From assembly GCA_009103225.1 (NCBI GenBank), contig RHPI01001709.1, forward strand, positions 6,488 through 51,386: 44,899 bases of DNA, read 5' to 3'. Under the pieces are notes generated by a model. It was not told the DNA's origin. It searched no databases and saw only the letters and a program-made list of their open reading frames with translations. Both the position numbers and the translations under genes were made by a program. Each line of letters opens with the position of its first letter. Within the stretch, counting starts at the first letter, position 1. The stretch is from Chlorokybus atmophyticus. Its lineage: Eukaryota > Plantae > Mesostigma and Chlorokybus algae. This document shows positions 1 through 11,551 of this stretch, in pieces.

Positions 1-19
1 AAGCAACGTGCATGCATGG

Positions 20-541
20 TCACTTGTTCATCAGCGCAGGCCAAGCGAAGCAACTTACCAAGCCTTTGCACTTGGAGCAGAGGCAAAGGTCGCGACTGAA
101 GGTTGGAGGCTGCTCAGGCTCAGGCTCTTGGTTGCTAGAATGATCGGATTGCTCGGCGGCTCCAAAGTCCGGCGTTTCTTGAGAAGATTGTTCTGCTGTC
201 TGCTGGTTGGACAGGTGTGGTTGATCTTCAGGCGCAGGCTCGGGCTCCAAGGCAGACGCAGGTGCAGGTTCGGGCTCCAAGGCAGACGCAGGTGCAGGCT
301 CAAGCTCCAAGGCAGACGCAGGTGCAGGCAGCTGCAAATCACCTCCTCCTCCAGTGAGGTGCGGGCTGATGTTTGTTGGACGCGCTTGCTGGGCGGCCCT
401 CATCTCTTTAAGCAGTGACCGTTTAGCACGTACACTGGCTTTGCGTGGCTTCCCACCAGCATGCTTGATTAGTGCAAGCGTTTCATCAAACTGCTCACGC
501 TCGCGCAGAACAGCAGACTGTTGAACAATGCGTCCTGCCAT
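20..541 (-). CDS. Hypothetical ORF with Pro/Ala/Glu 10-aa repeats and a Cys/His-rich C-terminus; probably degenerate and cut by the window edge
   Basis: 173-aa ORF with three copies of an (A)PASALEPEP-like unit. The C-terminus LCLCSKCKGLVSCFAWPALMNK*PCMH reads through a stop. Confidence 0.3.
   Translation of the reverse strand: MAGRIVQQSAVLREREQFDETLALIKHAGGKPRKASVRAKRSLLKEMRAAQQARPTNISPHLTGGGGDLQLPAPASALELEPAPASALEPEPAPASALEPEPAPEDQPHLSNQQTAEQSSQETPDFGAAEQSDHSSNQEPEPEQPPTFSRDLCLCSKCKGLVSCFAWPALMNK
241..330. repeat. 30-bp tandem repeat, 3 copies
   Basis: Units of c(g/a)(g/a)gctccaaggcagacgcaggtgcagg(t/c)(t/a) at 241, 271 and 301. Confidence 0.9.
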
Positions 542-819
542 GGCTGCAGATGATAGCGTGTAAGTCGGACTTGAATACTGCTAACAGTGACAGCATATGA
601 CGGACAACTTGGGGGCTAATAATTGGCAGCAGCGGTCACTGATATCTTGGATTTAGCAAACGAAAACGGAGCAACTACAAGCATTCACCTTGAACAAGTG
701 AGATTGAATGCAAGACGCCCAGCAGCAAGCTAACAGACTGTAAGGGAGACACTCTCGACCAAGCCTCACTGACAGAGCAAACCAAGCACCAATAACAAGC
801 TAGCATAGGCCTTACCAGC

Positions 820-1240
820 AAGAGCTCGTGAGCAGAAATAACTCCTTCTTCCCTTTGTCAGCAGCTCCGCTCCGCAGCAGCAGCAATTTTGCTCCGCAGG
901 AAGAGCTCAACTCCGCAGCACTTCCGCTTTGCAGCAGCAATAGCTCAACTCCGCAGCAGCAGCTCAGTTCACCGTCCTCGAGAACCCAAGAATCCAGACA
1001 GCTTCATCCAACCTACCGCAGCTCAGCTCCAGCTCCAGCTGATGTGCAATTTTTGCCAGATCTGCTTCTTGGTGGAAGCAGCTTCTTCTCATAAGCAGCT
1101 CAGCAGCAGCAGCAGCAGTAGCTCACGCCACTGGCTTCTCCAAGTAAACCAGCAGCAGCAGCTCGCGCCGCCGCCTCCTTCTCTTCCTCCAAGCATGCAG
1201 CTCAGCATCCGCTCCGACCCAGCTCAGCTCAGCTCCAAGG
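820..1240. repeat. CAG/CTC-rich low-complexity tract
   Basis: Repeated gcagcagc, ctccgcagc and gctcagctc words. Confidence 0.6.
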
Positions 1241-1261
1241 CTGCTGGTCGGTACGAGGGTG

Positions 1262-1665
1262 TTGTGCCGTTCTCGGCACAAGCCATTGATGTAATCCGCT
1301 GCCGGTCACAGCGCAGGAGGAGAGAAGGCTGCTGCTTTGCTACAGTACAAGTCTACTGTGCCGCTCTCGGCATAAGTTTTCTGCACCGGTAGCGGCACAA
1401 TGATTGACGAACCGTTAACGGATCGCTAGTCTCGTGCCGTGATCGGGATGTGGAACCTTGTACCGATCACGGCACCAGCTCTGTTGTGCCGACTTCAGCT
1501 TGGACTGTCTTGTGCCGTCAATGGCACAAGGGAGCAAAGGCGCCGACGCCGGCACAAGACTGCAGTCTGCGTACCGACCGCGGACGGCTTCTTTTACCAG
1601 GAAGTCCCGACGGCACAGCCTGGTTGTGCCGTCTGCGCCGAAGAAGTTGACTGCTTGTGCCGTGA
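1262..1665. repeat. Array of GTGCCG/CGGCAC motifs in inverted pairs (hairpins); resembles a transposon subterminal region
   Basis: Stems: ttgtgccg-ttct-cggcacaa (1262-1281); tgtgccg-ctct-cggcata (1357-1374); perfect 13-bp gtgccgtgatcgg/ccgatcacggcac (1434-1475); cttgtgcc/ggcacaag (about 1509-1530); gacggcaca/tgtgccgtc (about 1608-1632). Confidence 0.75.
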
Positions 1666-1720
1666 ACAGCACGCACTGCAGGCGCCATGTGCAGCTAACA
1701 ACCGGCTTTTAATACCACAG

Positions 1721-3667
1721 ACAATATCACGTCAACCTGTTCCCGCCCAAAAAACCCAACAAATATCAGGTTGTCATCGATGGTCACCCCCGCACTGGCA
1801 ATGTGGCAGCTTACATCAATTCCGTACACGAGCAACAACGTGAGCCCAACGCCATGCTTTGGTCGGACTTCGATGACGCCGGCAAGCCAGCTGTTACTGT
1901 ATATGCGATCAAGGACATACAGGCAGGAGAGGAGCTACTACTGGACTATGACCCTTTCCGTGGGCCACCTGATGGGCAGACAGACAAAGTAAGTGGTTGC
2001 ATTGTTGCATGCATGCTTGCTTGTTAAGCAGCTGTTAATGCCAGACTGTGAATGCATACTGTAAATTCGTTACAGGACACTAACTGCCCTTTTGATTGCA
2101 GACCCAACTGTGGAGAATGGAAGATGTTGCGCAGAAGTTCGTATATGGCTGGGGGCTGGCCATGGAGGACGCTATGTGGCTGGTAACGAGCAAGGCGCCA
2201 AGGGAGCCGGGCGAGAGTGCCAGGGCGTATTCCAGGCGGTTGCTCACCCGTGCTATCAAGCTGAAGCGCACCAGAGCAGTGGTAAGTTATGTACTCTTGT
2301 AGCGAGGTAGTGCATGTACATTGACAGTCCCTTTTTACAGTCTGTTGTTGGCATGCAAATCGCCGAGCAGTTCGTGAATTGCATCGCGGATTGCATGCTA
2401 ACAACCAATAGACTATGTACGTCTGTCAACAGATAGACCCTGAAGCTCATATCCAGCGCCAAATATCTGTTCACTTCTGTAAAGCTGTGCATGATGCTGC
2501 CTGTGAAATGAAAGAGGCAGCAAACAGACACGTAGACGACCTCAAACAAGTCGATAGAAACTTAGAGCTACGGATTGCACAGAATTTGCTCAAGGTACGT
2601 TGCCATGTAGGCCACAAAACATTCCACATAAAGCCCTAACTTGTTACCTTTGCTTGCAGGAGAAAACGGCCGCCATCTACACCAAGACTGTCGAGGCGCA
2701 CCAAGCTCAGTCACTTGGCCTGACTGCCAGAGAGAAATCTCTTACCCGGCAGGCTGTATCGCTTAAACTGCAGCAAGAGGAAAGGGAAAAGCATTGCGAG
2801 AAGAAGATAACAGCTATTCTTCAAAAAGGCTGGAAGAAGCTGCTCTCCGAGAAGATGCAAGACGCGCTGCGTGTCATGCTCAACGAGCAGATTGAGCACG
2901 AGGACAAGAAAGAGGAGCAGGACAAGGAGGTTGATGCAGCACGTGCATTGGAAGCCATGGAGGAGCCTTCCACTGCGTCTCAGGCGGTGCCTGCTAGGCC
3001 TGAACCTGTGAACCCCATGAGTGATATAGAAATTGAGTCGCATCCCATGTGGACTTGGCTCGAGCGCGCTAATATGCGTTCACCCACCATTGGTTCAAGG
3101 CCCATGCGGTCTGACAAGCCAAAGAACAGTCCCCCTCACAGTCCCACTCACAAACCCCATGGCCCACCGTCCCCTCCCCCTCACAATCCCCATGGCCCAC
3201 CGGCACCTCCCCCTGGTACCAGTACGCCAGCTGGCACCAGTATGCCAGCTGGCACCAGTGGGCCAGCCCCAGACCCTCCACGTGTTGAAAGCCGCAAGCT
3301 ACCTGCCAGGAGAACAGATGGTCCCCTTCTCTTACTCCACCACCGTCAAAAAAGCAGCGCCAGGACCTGCCAGCAGGCACAGAAGGAAGTCCACAATCAA
3401 CCACGCCATCAACTGGTCAGTCCACCCCTACCGCAACCTTGCAGCTATCAGGCTCTTCGTTTAGAGCGCCTGCGAAAAGTTGTCGCAGGTCCGACACCAC
3501 CAGCGAATATGCCAACACCAAGTACGCCGCAGGGCCGGCCGCCTTTACCTCTGCAAGATGTCACCCGGGACCTGACTCCCGGCGCTGAGGCCAAGGCGCT
3601 TGTGAAGATGCGAGAAGCCGATAGCGTGCACGCCGCAAACCTCGACGCTGCATTGCAAGCCGTGTAA
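1721..3667 (+). CDS. Spliced SET-domain protein (lysine methyltransferase-like) with coiled-coil and Pro-rich tail; N-terminal half of SET not found, possibly a pseudogene
   Basis: QYHVNLFPPKKPNKYQVVIDGHPRTGNVAAYINSVHEQQREPNA...VTVYAIKDIQAGEELLLDY matches the SET C-terminal motifs (IDA..GN..RFINHS..PN and A..DI..GEEL..DY). GT-AG introns at about 1989-2101, 2282-2340 and 2594-2660. The last exon is open to TAA at 3667. The frame near 2400-2430 is uncertain. Confidence 0.7.
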
Positions 3668-4246
3668 AACTTGGCATTTGCAGCAAACACACGGATTGAC
3701 GTTCGGGGACCATGCATGGTCCTTCCACGGACTCCGCGGGCCATACATGGTCCGTCCCCGCGGACCACGAGTGTCTGGTCCGCGAGGGACGGACCGTCTA
3801 TGGTCCTTTTGGGGCCCCGTTACCTGGCGCGCAAACGCGGACCACACATGGTCCGTGCCGCACCTTGTATGGTGCGGCACGGACCAGTACTTTAGGCTGG
3901 TTCCTGGATGCGGACCAGGAGTGGGCCCGCGGCTCAGCGGCCCGGCAGCCGCGCACCGTACATGGTCCGTGCCGCACCATGTATGGGGCGGCATGGACCA
4001 GCAATGTTGCTGGTTGGCGGCCCTGCAGGGCGCGCTACACGTGTACCATGACTGAAGATCGTTATTGCATGTACGAGTACATGTGTATCATCATTTAATA
4101 AATGACAGGCCGCACCGACTGTCGCCGCTTACCATAAAATGGACAGTCGCAAATGGTCGGCGGCTGTCAATGTATATTGACAGCCGCCTGTCCATGTACA
4201 ATTTAACTTGACAGCCGCCGACCAGTTGCGGCTGTCCACTTGTGGT

Positions 4247-4337
4247 CTATATATGTATATATGGATATGTGTATACATATAAATATATGTGTATATATAC
4301 ACAAATATATATGTATATATGCATATATATACATATG

Positions 4338-4371
<34 letters not shown>

Positions 4372-4870
4372 CATGTGTTTGGGCTTAAGGCATTTACAAG
4401 CAAACATTGTCGTCGTGTTGCGGCGGCAATTTGCAGCCGTGCAATTACTTCATATCTATAATTTCATGTACATACATCGTTGTAAGTATATTGATGCGCG
4501 TGCACATGTGCATTTAGACCTTTCATATGCAAAATTGCATACGTCTGAAGTAATGTATAACAACATGAATATAAAAAGTATTATGATTATCCATAATAAA
4601 ATTAGTGTAAATACTAATATTAAATTTACATCCATGCGTAGCGCGTGTTTATTACATTATATATAATTTGTTAGTCATCACATTATCATAATGTTCACAA
4701 CCGTTAATGTCATACCATGAATACATATGTTGATGATGTTCGTATGTTGCATTATTAAGCGTAGTTTATAGTATGTTTCATTTAATGATTTACATGAAAC
4801 GAAAGCAATGTCAGATGTTATGACTTATAGCCTTACTTGTATAACCTCATTAATGGCCTATAAAAGCCTC
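4247..4870. repeat. (TA)n/(TG)n microsatellite grading into an AT-rich core
   Basis: Degenerate TA repeat at 4247-4355, then (TG)n to about 4371, then AT-rich sequence to about 4870. Confidence 0.85.
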
Positions 4871-5220
4871 ATGCGACCACAGAATCATCGACAGCCCGAT
4901 AAGGTACACTGGCTGCATTGACAGTCGCAATTTGGCTACTATCGCTAAGCATTGTCACAATGACAGCCCCTAACAAGTCTACAAATTGTACTGGCGTATT
5001 GACAACCGCCGAGTTCGCGGCTACCGGTATGTAGTTTACCACCGTCCATGTAACTGGTACAGCCTATGAATGCTACAGTTGCATGGGCTCAGCCTATGGG
5101 CCTATCAAAGTGACAATCTCCGACTGTCCATCGGCAATTACTGCCGCCGGCCAACAGTCGCCAAGCGGCGCATGCAATACACTATGTGATAAAGGTTGCC
5201 ATGCGACCCTACCGGTACGT

Positions 5221-5293
5221 GCACTTGTAGCTTAGTGGTTAGGGCGTCATCTTTGATATGCTAAAGGTGCTGGGTTCGAATCCGGTCGATGCG
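5221..5293 (+). pseudogene. Degenerate tRNA or tRNA-derived SINE head; anticodon not assignable, loosely Ala-like
   Basis: A-box TAGCTTAGTGG (5228-5238) and B-box GGTTCGAATCC (5273-5283) with tRNA spacing. The acceptor, anticodon and T stems pair imperfectly. Confidence 0.65.
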
Positions 5294-5914
5294 TGTGTTC
5301 TTGACTAATCATTCCACTAACGCCGCGGAGCTGGCCGCGGCCTCGTGCGCCGCAGGTTGGGCGTGGCCGGTGCCGCCGGCAAAGATGTCTCAACTTTTAC
5401 TGCATTTGCACTCATATTTACATTGGTCCATACTAAAATTCGGTCCATGGTCCGCTGGCCGGACCAGTTATGATTGAAGTATTGTAATGATATGATTTAG
5501 TCCCTGGTCCGTTGGCCGGACCATACCTGGTCCTGATGCAACAGTAATCGGCCGAACCTTCAGTGGTCCGTACTAAGAGACAATGGTACCATTCACGTGA
5601 AATTTGGACCATGAATGGTCCGACTGTCGATGAAAAACAGACCATGCAAGGTCCACCGATTTCATTTAGCAGGGGGAAATCCCGGTCCTGCGTCACGGAC
5701 CAGTCATGGTCCTTGAACGTCAATCCGTGTGAAAGGTACAGTGTATACACACATGGGATGTCAACAAGGCTTGCAGCATACAGTTTGCGCCCGCATGGGC
5801 ATAAACTGTTGATAGTCCTCAATAGTTTGGTTGACGACAATCACAGAGTTTGGTGTATGTTGGCAATGCTCTGCTGGCTTGTATGTGGACTCACTTTTTG
5901 TTTTGCTGCTGTAG

Positions 5915-7505
5915 GATGCCAACAAGCAGGCGCAGACCAGTCACACGGTCTTGCAGGAGTCCATGCGCAACTTCAATGAGATGCGCAAGAAGCAACTTGA
6001 ACGTGCTCTTAACAATTTGGATGAGTCGCACCGGCATCGTAGGCTGCTGGCTGACAACTTCACCCGTGAAGACAAAGTGCTGCGGCAGCAGCTGCAGCAG
6101 ATGCAGCAAAGGGAGTTGGCAGCTAAATTCCATGCTGAGGAGCTGCAGCGGCAAAGGGAGTTGGCATCAAAATTCAATGCTGAGAAGGTGGCAGTCTGCG
6201 CCGGCAGTTGCTTCAGGCACAGCAGGAGGTTGCAGCATCAAACGCATCAATGACCACCATGGCGGCAGATGCGTAGAATCGTTGGCGCTCCACCGATGCG
6301 GTGCTTCACGAGTACCATCAGCGCAACGCCAGTCATTTGGAACGGGTGCAGCAGCTGGAGTCCACCTCAAGTGCGGCGGCTAAAGTTGGTGAAGAGTTGC
6401 ACCATACAAGGGAACATCTACTCAAGCTGCAAGCGGCACAACCTGTTACTGAGGTTGTCAACACTGAGACTGTCAACGCACTGATAGAGAGAGCTGAGCG
6501 AGCAGAGAAATAGTTGGAAGAGGTGCGAGCCCGCAATCGAGAGCTGGAGCAACAGTTGGGCACGCGCAGATCAACACTGAGGCTGATAACGAAGCGAGAG
6601 TGCGAGCTGAGAATGCAGAGAAGCAATTGGGAGAGGTGCAGCATCAGTTGGGGGAGGCGCAGAGCAACGTTGAAAGGCTGGAACAGCTATTGGTGGAGCT
6701 CTACGCTGCACTCGATGAGCGGCCTAACCACGAGGCATTGGTCAGCTTGCAAAATCAGTACAACTGCGCAAATGGGAAGTACAGTCAAGCGAAGACGGAG
6801 AAGGAAGCCCTCCAGGATGAGGTAGACCATCTCGAACAACAGCTCCCGCAGCCACCGCAACAACACCTCAAGGATCTGCAGCTACAGCTTCAACAGCAAC
6901 AAACGCAGCTGCAAAACCAGCTTCGGTAGCAACAGCAGCTTGAACATCATCGTGCGCATGACTTCATCAACACCATTCGAGAATGGGCGCGTGAGGTAAC
7001 GAACCTCTTTGTCAACTTGCGAAGTTACGAGCGTGACGACGTGCTGGCGGGTGGTCCGACCGCCTTGGTTGCCGGCTGGACCAACAGGTTTACACAGGGT
7101 GCGGGATGGCAACGTCACTTCATGCAGTGTTCAATCCAGCTAAGGGATCTGCATCAGCGCAACAAACCAGGTGGACAGGAAGGATTTGAGGGTTGGGAGA
7201 ATTCAATGGCAAGCTTTGTCAACTTCTACCATAACGCGGATGCACACTACACTGGCATTTTGCGAGAGGCCCAAATCATTTGGGAAGTCAACATTACTTC
7301 AATCTTTGACGCGATGTTCCTCACCATGCCTTCATTCTTGAACTTCCCCGAGCAGCTTGATAGGCGGATGGCTGCGCGTCGTGTGCACCCGGCCGTGTTG
7401 GAGGCGACAACCCCTACCGACTTCCAAGCTGCATTGCAGTGGTTGCATACCCTTAAAGGCATGGACGCCTTGACGAGATATCGCCAGGCTTGTTTCAGGC
7501 GGTAA
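5915..7505 (+). pseudogene. Degenerate coiled-coil protein gene with a non-repetitive C-terminal domain
   Basis: Splice acceptor ctgtag at 5914. ORFs 5951, 6301, 6514, 6600 and 7017 join through TAG stops and frameshifts. Q/E/L heptad composition, then a W/F-rich segment (WENSMASFVNFYHNADAHY). Confidence 0.55.
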
Positions 7506-7807
7506 GGCGCAGGTCGGTAAGGACTGAACCCACTATGTATACCTTAGCCCGCGCTAGGCAGTTACATAAGACGATTTCCTTTGCGAACTACCAGCGGATT
7601 GTGGGGTACATCTGAATCTTCTTGGTGTACATAATCTGTGTATAATACAATCGTGTTGATGCCAAAGATGCACATAAATGGTTCCTATGCCTTCTCTCAG
7701 TAATGACCACTCACAACAAGCACAAATGAGCACATGAGCACAATTGACAGCCGCATAGACTAAGTAAGTGAATCGTATTGCCTTGTTGCATGCTGTCAAC
7801 CACTCAC

Positions 7808-8460
7808 ACTGTTGTGGGAACTGATGCGTATCATCAAAATCCTGCAGAGCAGCCAGCTGCCCAGGCCTCCTAAATACATCATCGAGAATGTGCACTCTAA
7901 GGACGATAAGCGCCATCACGTGGCCAACAGCTTCCGGCAGGTGTGTTCCTTACTGGGACATCCTCTCAGAATCAACGCAGCGCGTCATGGCTCCCGTGCT
8001 CATCGCGTCCGCGCCAAGTGGACCAACCTGGCAACAGTCGAAGATCTCTTTGCTGCTGAATATCTGCACAGCAGTCGTCCACGCAATCTTTATTCGACGC
8101 TATCCTGGACTCTGGGCACACAGCACAACCAGTCACACACACGATCACACACACACACACTTCTACCAGTGCAACCTGCCTAATCAACCACGTCGTGCGC
8201 TCCCCACTTTGGTGTCTTACCCGGGATCATACGCCTTCCGCAACCACAGCGCAGGCATGGTGTTGGATTTCAATACAGGCCAGCTAGAAGAACCCAACGC
8301 ACGTGAGCGCAAACGCGCAATGGGCTTCTCCAGGCAGTATCACAGGTTTCACGCTGACCGACAATCAGCAATGCCAATTGTTAAGACGCGCCATGGATCA
8401 GAACAGCGTGGTATGGTTATTGGTAATGTGCTTTGCTCTCCAAGACTGCCATGTGTCTTT
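7808..8460 (+). pseudogene. C5-cytosine methyltransferase domain, motifs VI-X (copy A)
   Basis: WELMRIIKILQ...KYIIENV (motif VI), INAARHGSRAHRVRAKWTNL (motif VIII, RxR) and motif IX/X-like segments. Frameshifted. Confidence 0.8.
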
Positions 8461-8731
8461 CCAAGAGTTTGAACAACTGGCGGGGGAGTGCGCCAATCGC
8501 GTGCAAGCGATCAAAGCGGCACACACCGCCCTCAAAATCGCCCATATGGAGGAGCAGGCAGCAGTCACTGTGGAGGACATCCCAGTGGCCGCCAACACCA
8601 CCTCTTGATCCCATGCCATTGGACCACTGGCTACAGGCCAGACGCGAGAACAACTTGACGCTCTCCTCAACAAGTGGAGATGGCAGTTCAGTTTCAGCAT
8701 AAAGGAACTGGGCGTTTGCTCAGTTTACCAG

Positions 8732-10020
8732 ATGGACATCGAGTTGGTGGACACCGAACCGATGTTTCGACGACAGTACCGACTCTCCAAGTTTGAAGAA
8801 GACTTGGTGGAGCAGAGGTGCAAGGCTCTGCTAGGTGCAGGCCTAATTGAGGAGTCTACATCGGACTTTGCGGCCGCGCCCGTCATGCCCCTGAAGAAGG
8901 ATTCAGCAGGCAACCGGACAAACCGGCGTATGTGCGGCGACTATCGCCCCCTCATCAACACGACCAAACAAGACAGGTATCCAATGCCTACTGCAGAGGG
9001 TATCTGTAATGATGTTGGAGACTGCACCGTCTTCAGCATCCTGGATATGCGACAAGGGTACAATCAGATCGCCATCAAGGAGGAGGACAAGCACAAAACC
9101 TCTTTTTGGGGCAACCGGTAGCTATACCAGTGGAAGGTCATGCCCTTCGGACTGAAGAACGCTCCTGCCAAGTTCCAGCGCGTCATGGACAAAGCCTTGA
9201 AGGGGCTGGACTTCGCGCGATGCTACATTGAAGACATTCTCATCTTCAGTCGCAGTAACGACGAGCACCTGCAGCACATCGAGGAACTGCTGGAAAGACT
9301 TAAGGGGGTGGGGATGACAGTGCACCCCGACAAGTGCACCTTCTTCACTCGCAAGGTACCCTACCTAGGGAACATGATTATGCCCCACGGTGTGTACGTA
9401 CAGCAGGCAAAGGTGGAGGCTTTGGCGGCTATCCCTGCTCCAACAGACCTTACACGCCTACGTGCCTTTCTCGGCCTTGCCAACTACTATCACCGGTTCG
9501 TGAAGGACTTCGCAAAGATCGCGCGACCCCTCAACGAGCTTCTAAAGAAGGAGATGGAGTTTGCGTGGAAGGAGCCACAACAGCAGGCGTTTGAGGAGCT
9601 AAAGGGCAGGCTCACCACCGCTCCCATCCTGCAACGTCCTGACTACAACAAGCTCTTCATCCTCCACACCAGGTGGAGCAAGCTTGGGATGGGGGCTGTG
9701 CTGGTACAGCACGATGAGAACAAGAAGGAGCGGGTGGTGTCGTACGCCAGCCGAAGCAACAACAGCGCTGAGGCCAACTACAGCTACGAGGGGGAGTGCC
9801 TCGCTGCAGTATGGGCTTTTTTGTTTATTCAGATCTTTCCTCTTTAGTCGACAATTTCAGCTGATTACTAATCATTAGCCACTCAAGTAGTTGATGACCA
9901 ACCAACATTTGACAGGGAAACTTGGTCGTTGGGCCCTATTGCTGCAGGAGTATGACTTGGAGATCGACCACCGCGCCGGCCTCACCAACCAGGACGCTGA
10001 TGGCCTCAGTCGCAACCCTT
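8732..10020 (+). pseudogene. Ty3-type reverse transcriptase and RNase H (copy A)
   Basis: ORFs 8732-9121, 9140-9847 and 9891 onward. YIDD is mutated to YIED. GRWALLLQEYDLEIDHRAG marks the RNase H end. Confidence 0.9.
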
Positions 10021-10449
10021 ACCGCAGTATCAACGCTGCAACCGGAGCTCGGCACGAGCTCGACCCCGCAGCAGCAGCTCCCACCATGGCGGCCATGTTT
10101 GCTGTTGACGCGTTACGGTGAGGGCGCCAGATCAACACCACCTCAACGACAGAGGAAATTCCTGCCCTTGAGTCTACCGACCCCACGGTGGCCACACCCC
10201 TGAGGGACGTCCACGCGGTTGACATTGAAGTCGACGACACCGAGCTGGCACCCACTGACATCAGACATGACATAAGGCTGGACAAGCTATGCCAAAGTGG
10301 CCAGCTTCCCTCCAACATGAGTGCACGAGAGAAAGATCGTGTTAGCCAACGCACCCGCCACTATCGGTGGGCGGATGACAAGGTGTACCGCCGCATTCAG
10401 GACGAGGACAAGGAGGTGCCAACACCAGCCACACGCGAGGGCATCATCG

Positions 10450-11550
10450 CTGCTCTCCACACTGAGCTTGGACACGGTGTCAAGCGTACCGTTAGCCTAG
10501 TAAAGGCGCAATATCAGTGGTATGGGCTGTCCAAGCAGATGCAGGGGTTCGTCAGTCGCTGCCAGCAGTGTGACATGGTACGCGCCAGCCTCAACACACG
10601 CAGCGCCACCTTGCACCCTCTCCCCATCTCTGGGCTGTTCTACCGCTGAGGACGACATCTTGGGAGACTCGGCACCCTTGGCACGGGGCAACCGCTACAT
10701 CCTGGTCATGATCGAGCACTTCTTCAACTGGGTGGAGCTGGTGCCATTACTCGACAAGAGCAGCAGGGGGGTGTCTCAAGCCTTCCTCTCCCATGTCCTC
10801 AGCCGGTTCGGCAGCTGCGCTGAGGTTATCACCGACCAGGGGCACTGAGTTTAGAGGGGAGTGCGACACCTGCTGAACAGATGCTACATCGATTATCGCC
10901 GTACTTCGCGTGACCACCCTCAAGCCGACGGTCTCGCCGAGCGAATAGTACAAACTATTAAGAAGGCACTCCGCAAGTACGTGCTGGAGTATGAGAAGAA
11001 CACCTGGGACGACCACCTTCCGTGGGTGGCTCTTGGTTACCGATTGTCAAAGTAGGCGGCTCTACGCGAGTACAGCCCATACAACCTGCTGTTCGGTTGT
11101 CCGCCGTTGCTTCCCTTTCGTGCACAGCAGGAAGTAGACCGTGTGGTAAACAACCTCGACGATCCCGACTGGATGCACCACGACATTACCACACGTGCCA
11201 CGCTGTTCGAGCACACCGTCCCGATGGCTTTCTACAACCTGCGCATCGCACAGCACCACGACACCCTGCGCTACCAGCGCGTGCGGAGCGGCTATTACAA
11301 GGAGCGCCAACGGCGGTTTCAAGCAAGGGACTTTGCCTATCGCATGGCGGCCACCAAGGACATGCTCGACACCTTCGTGGGCCGCACCGTCTACAAGCTA
11401 CTCAAGGTGTACCCCACAGGAGTGCTGGACCTCCTTGGTCGGAATGGCGAGAGGTTGAAAGACAACATGGTGAACTGCGCGCCATGTCACCTCCCTTACA
11501 TAGCGGGCTTTCGCGCGCATCCAGCACTCTCGCCCTGCCCGCAGCACACG
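10450..11550 (+). pseudogene. Integrase (copy A)
   Basis: LHTELGH...QWYGL...CQQC zinc-binding motif, WVELVPL, VITDQG, HPQADGLAERIVQT and DDHLPWVALGYR. Confidence 0.85.
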
Positions 11551-11551
11551 C

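Larger units (their letters stand above)
3688..5731. mobile_element. Non-autonomous CACTA/EnSpm (CMC)-like DNA transposon, 2044 bp
   Basis: Left TIR cacacggattgacgttcggggaccatgcatggtcc (3688). The right TIR ending at 5731, reverse-complemented, reads cacacggattgacgttcaaggaccatgactggtcc. 3-bp TSD AAA at 3685-3687 and 5732-5734. Dense GGACCA/TGGTCC subterminal repeats at 3707-4000 and 5440-5712. No transposase ORF. Confidence 0.85.

Noticed and set aside
3690-4050. CRISPR-like repeat array
   Set aside because: Eukaryotic context, irregular spacing and both orientations; explained as subterminal repeats.
3671-4666. Overlapping ORFs in the CACTA end and TA microsatellite
   Set aside because: Products of repetitive sequence, with no protein motifs.
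5221-5293. Functional tRNA gene
   Set aside because: The acceptor, anticodon and T stems have several mismatches or deletions.
1396-5731. Larger CACTA using a TIR-like word at 1396 and the right TIR at 5731
   Set aside because: The flanks (cgg vs aaa) do not form a TSD, and the word lies inside the motif array.
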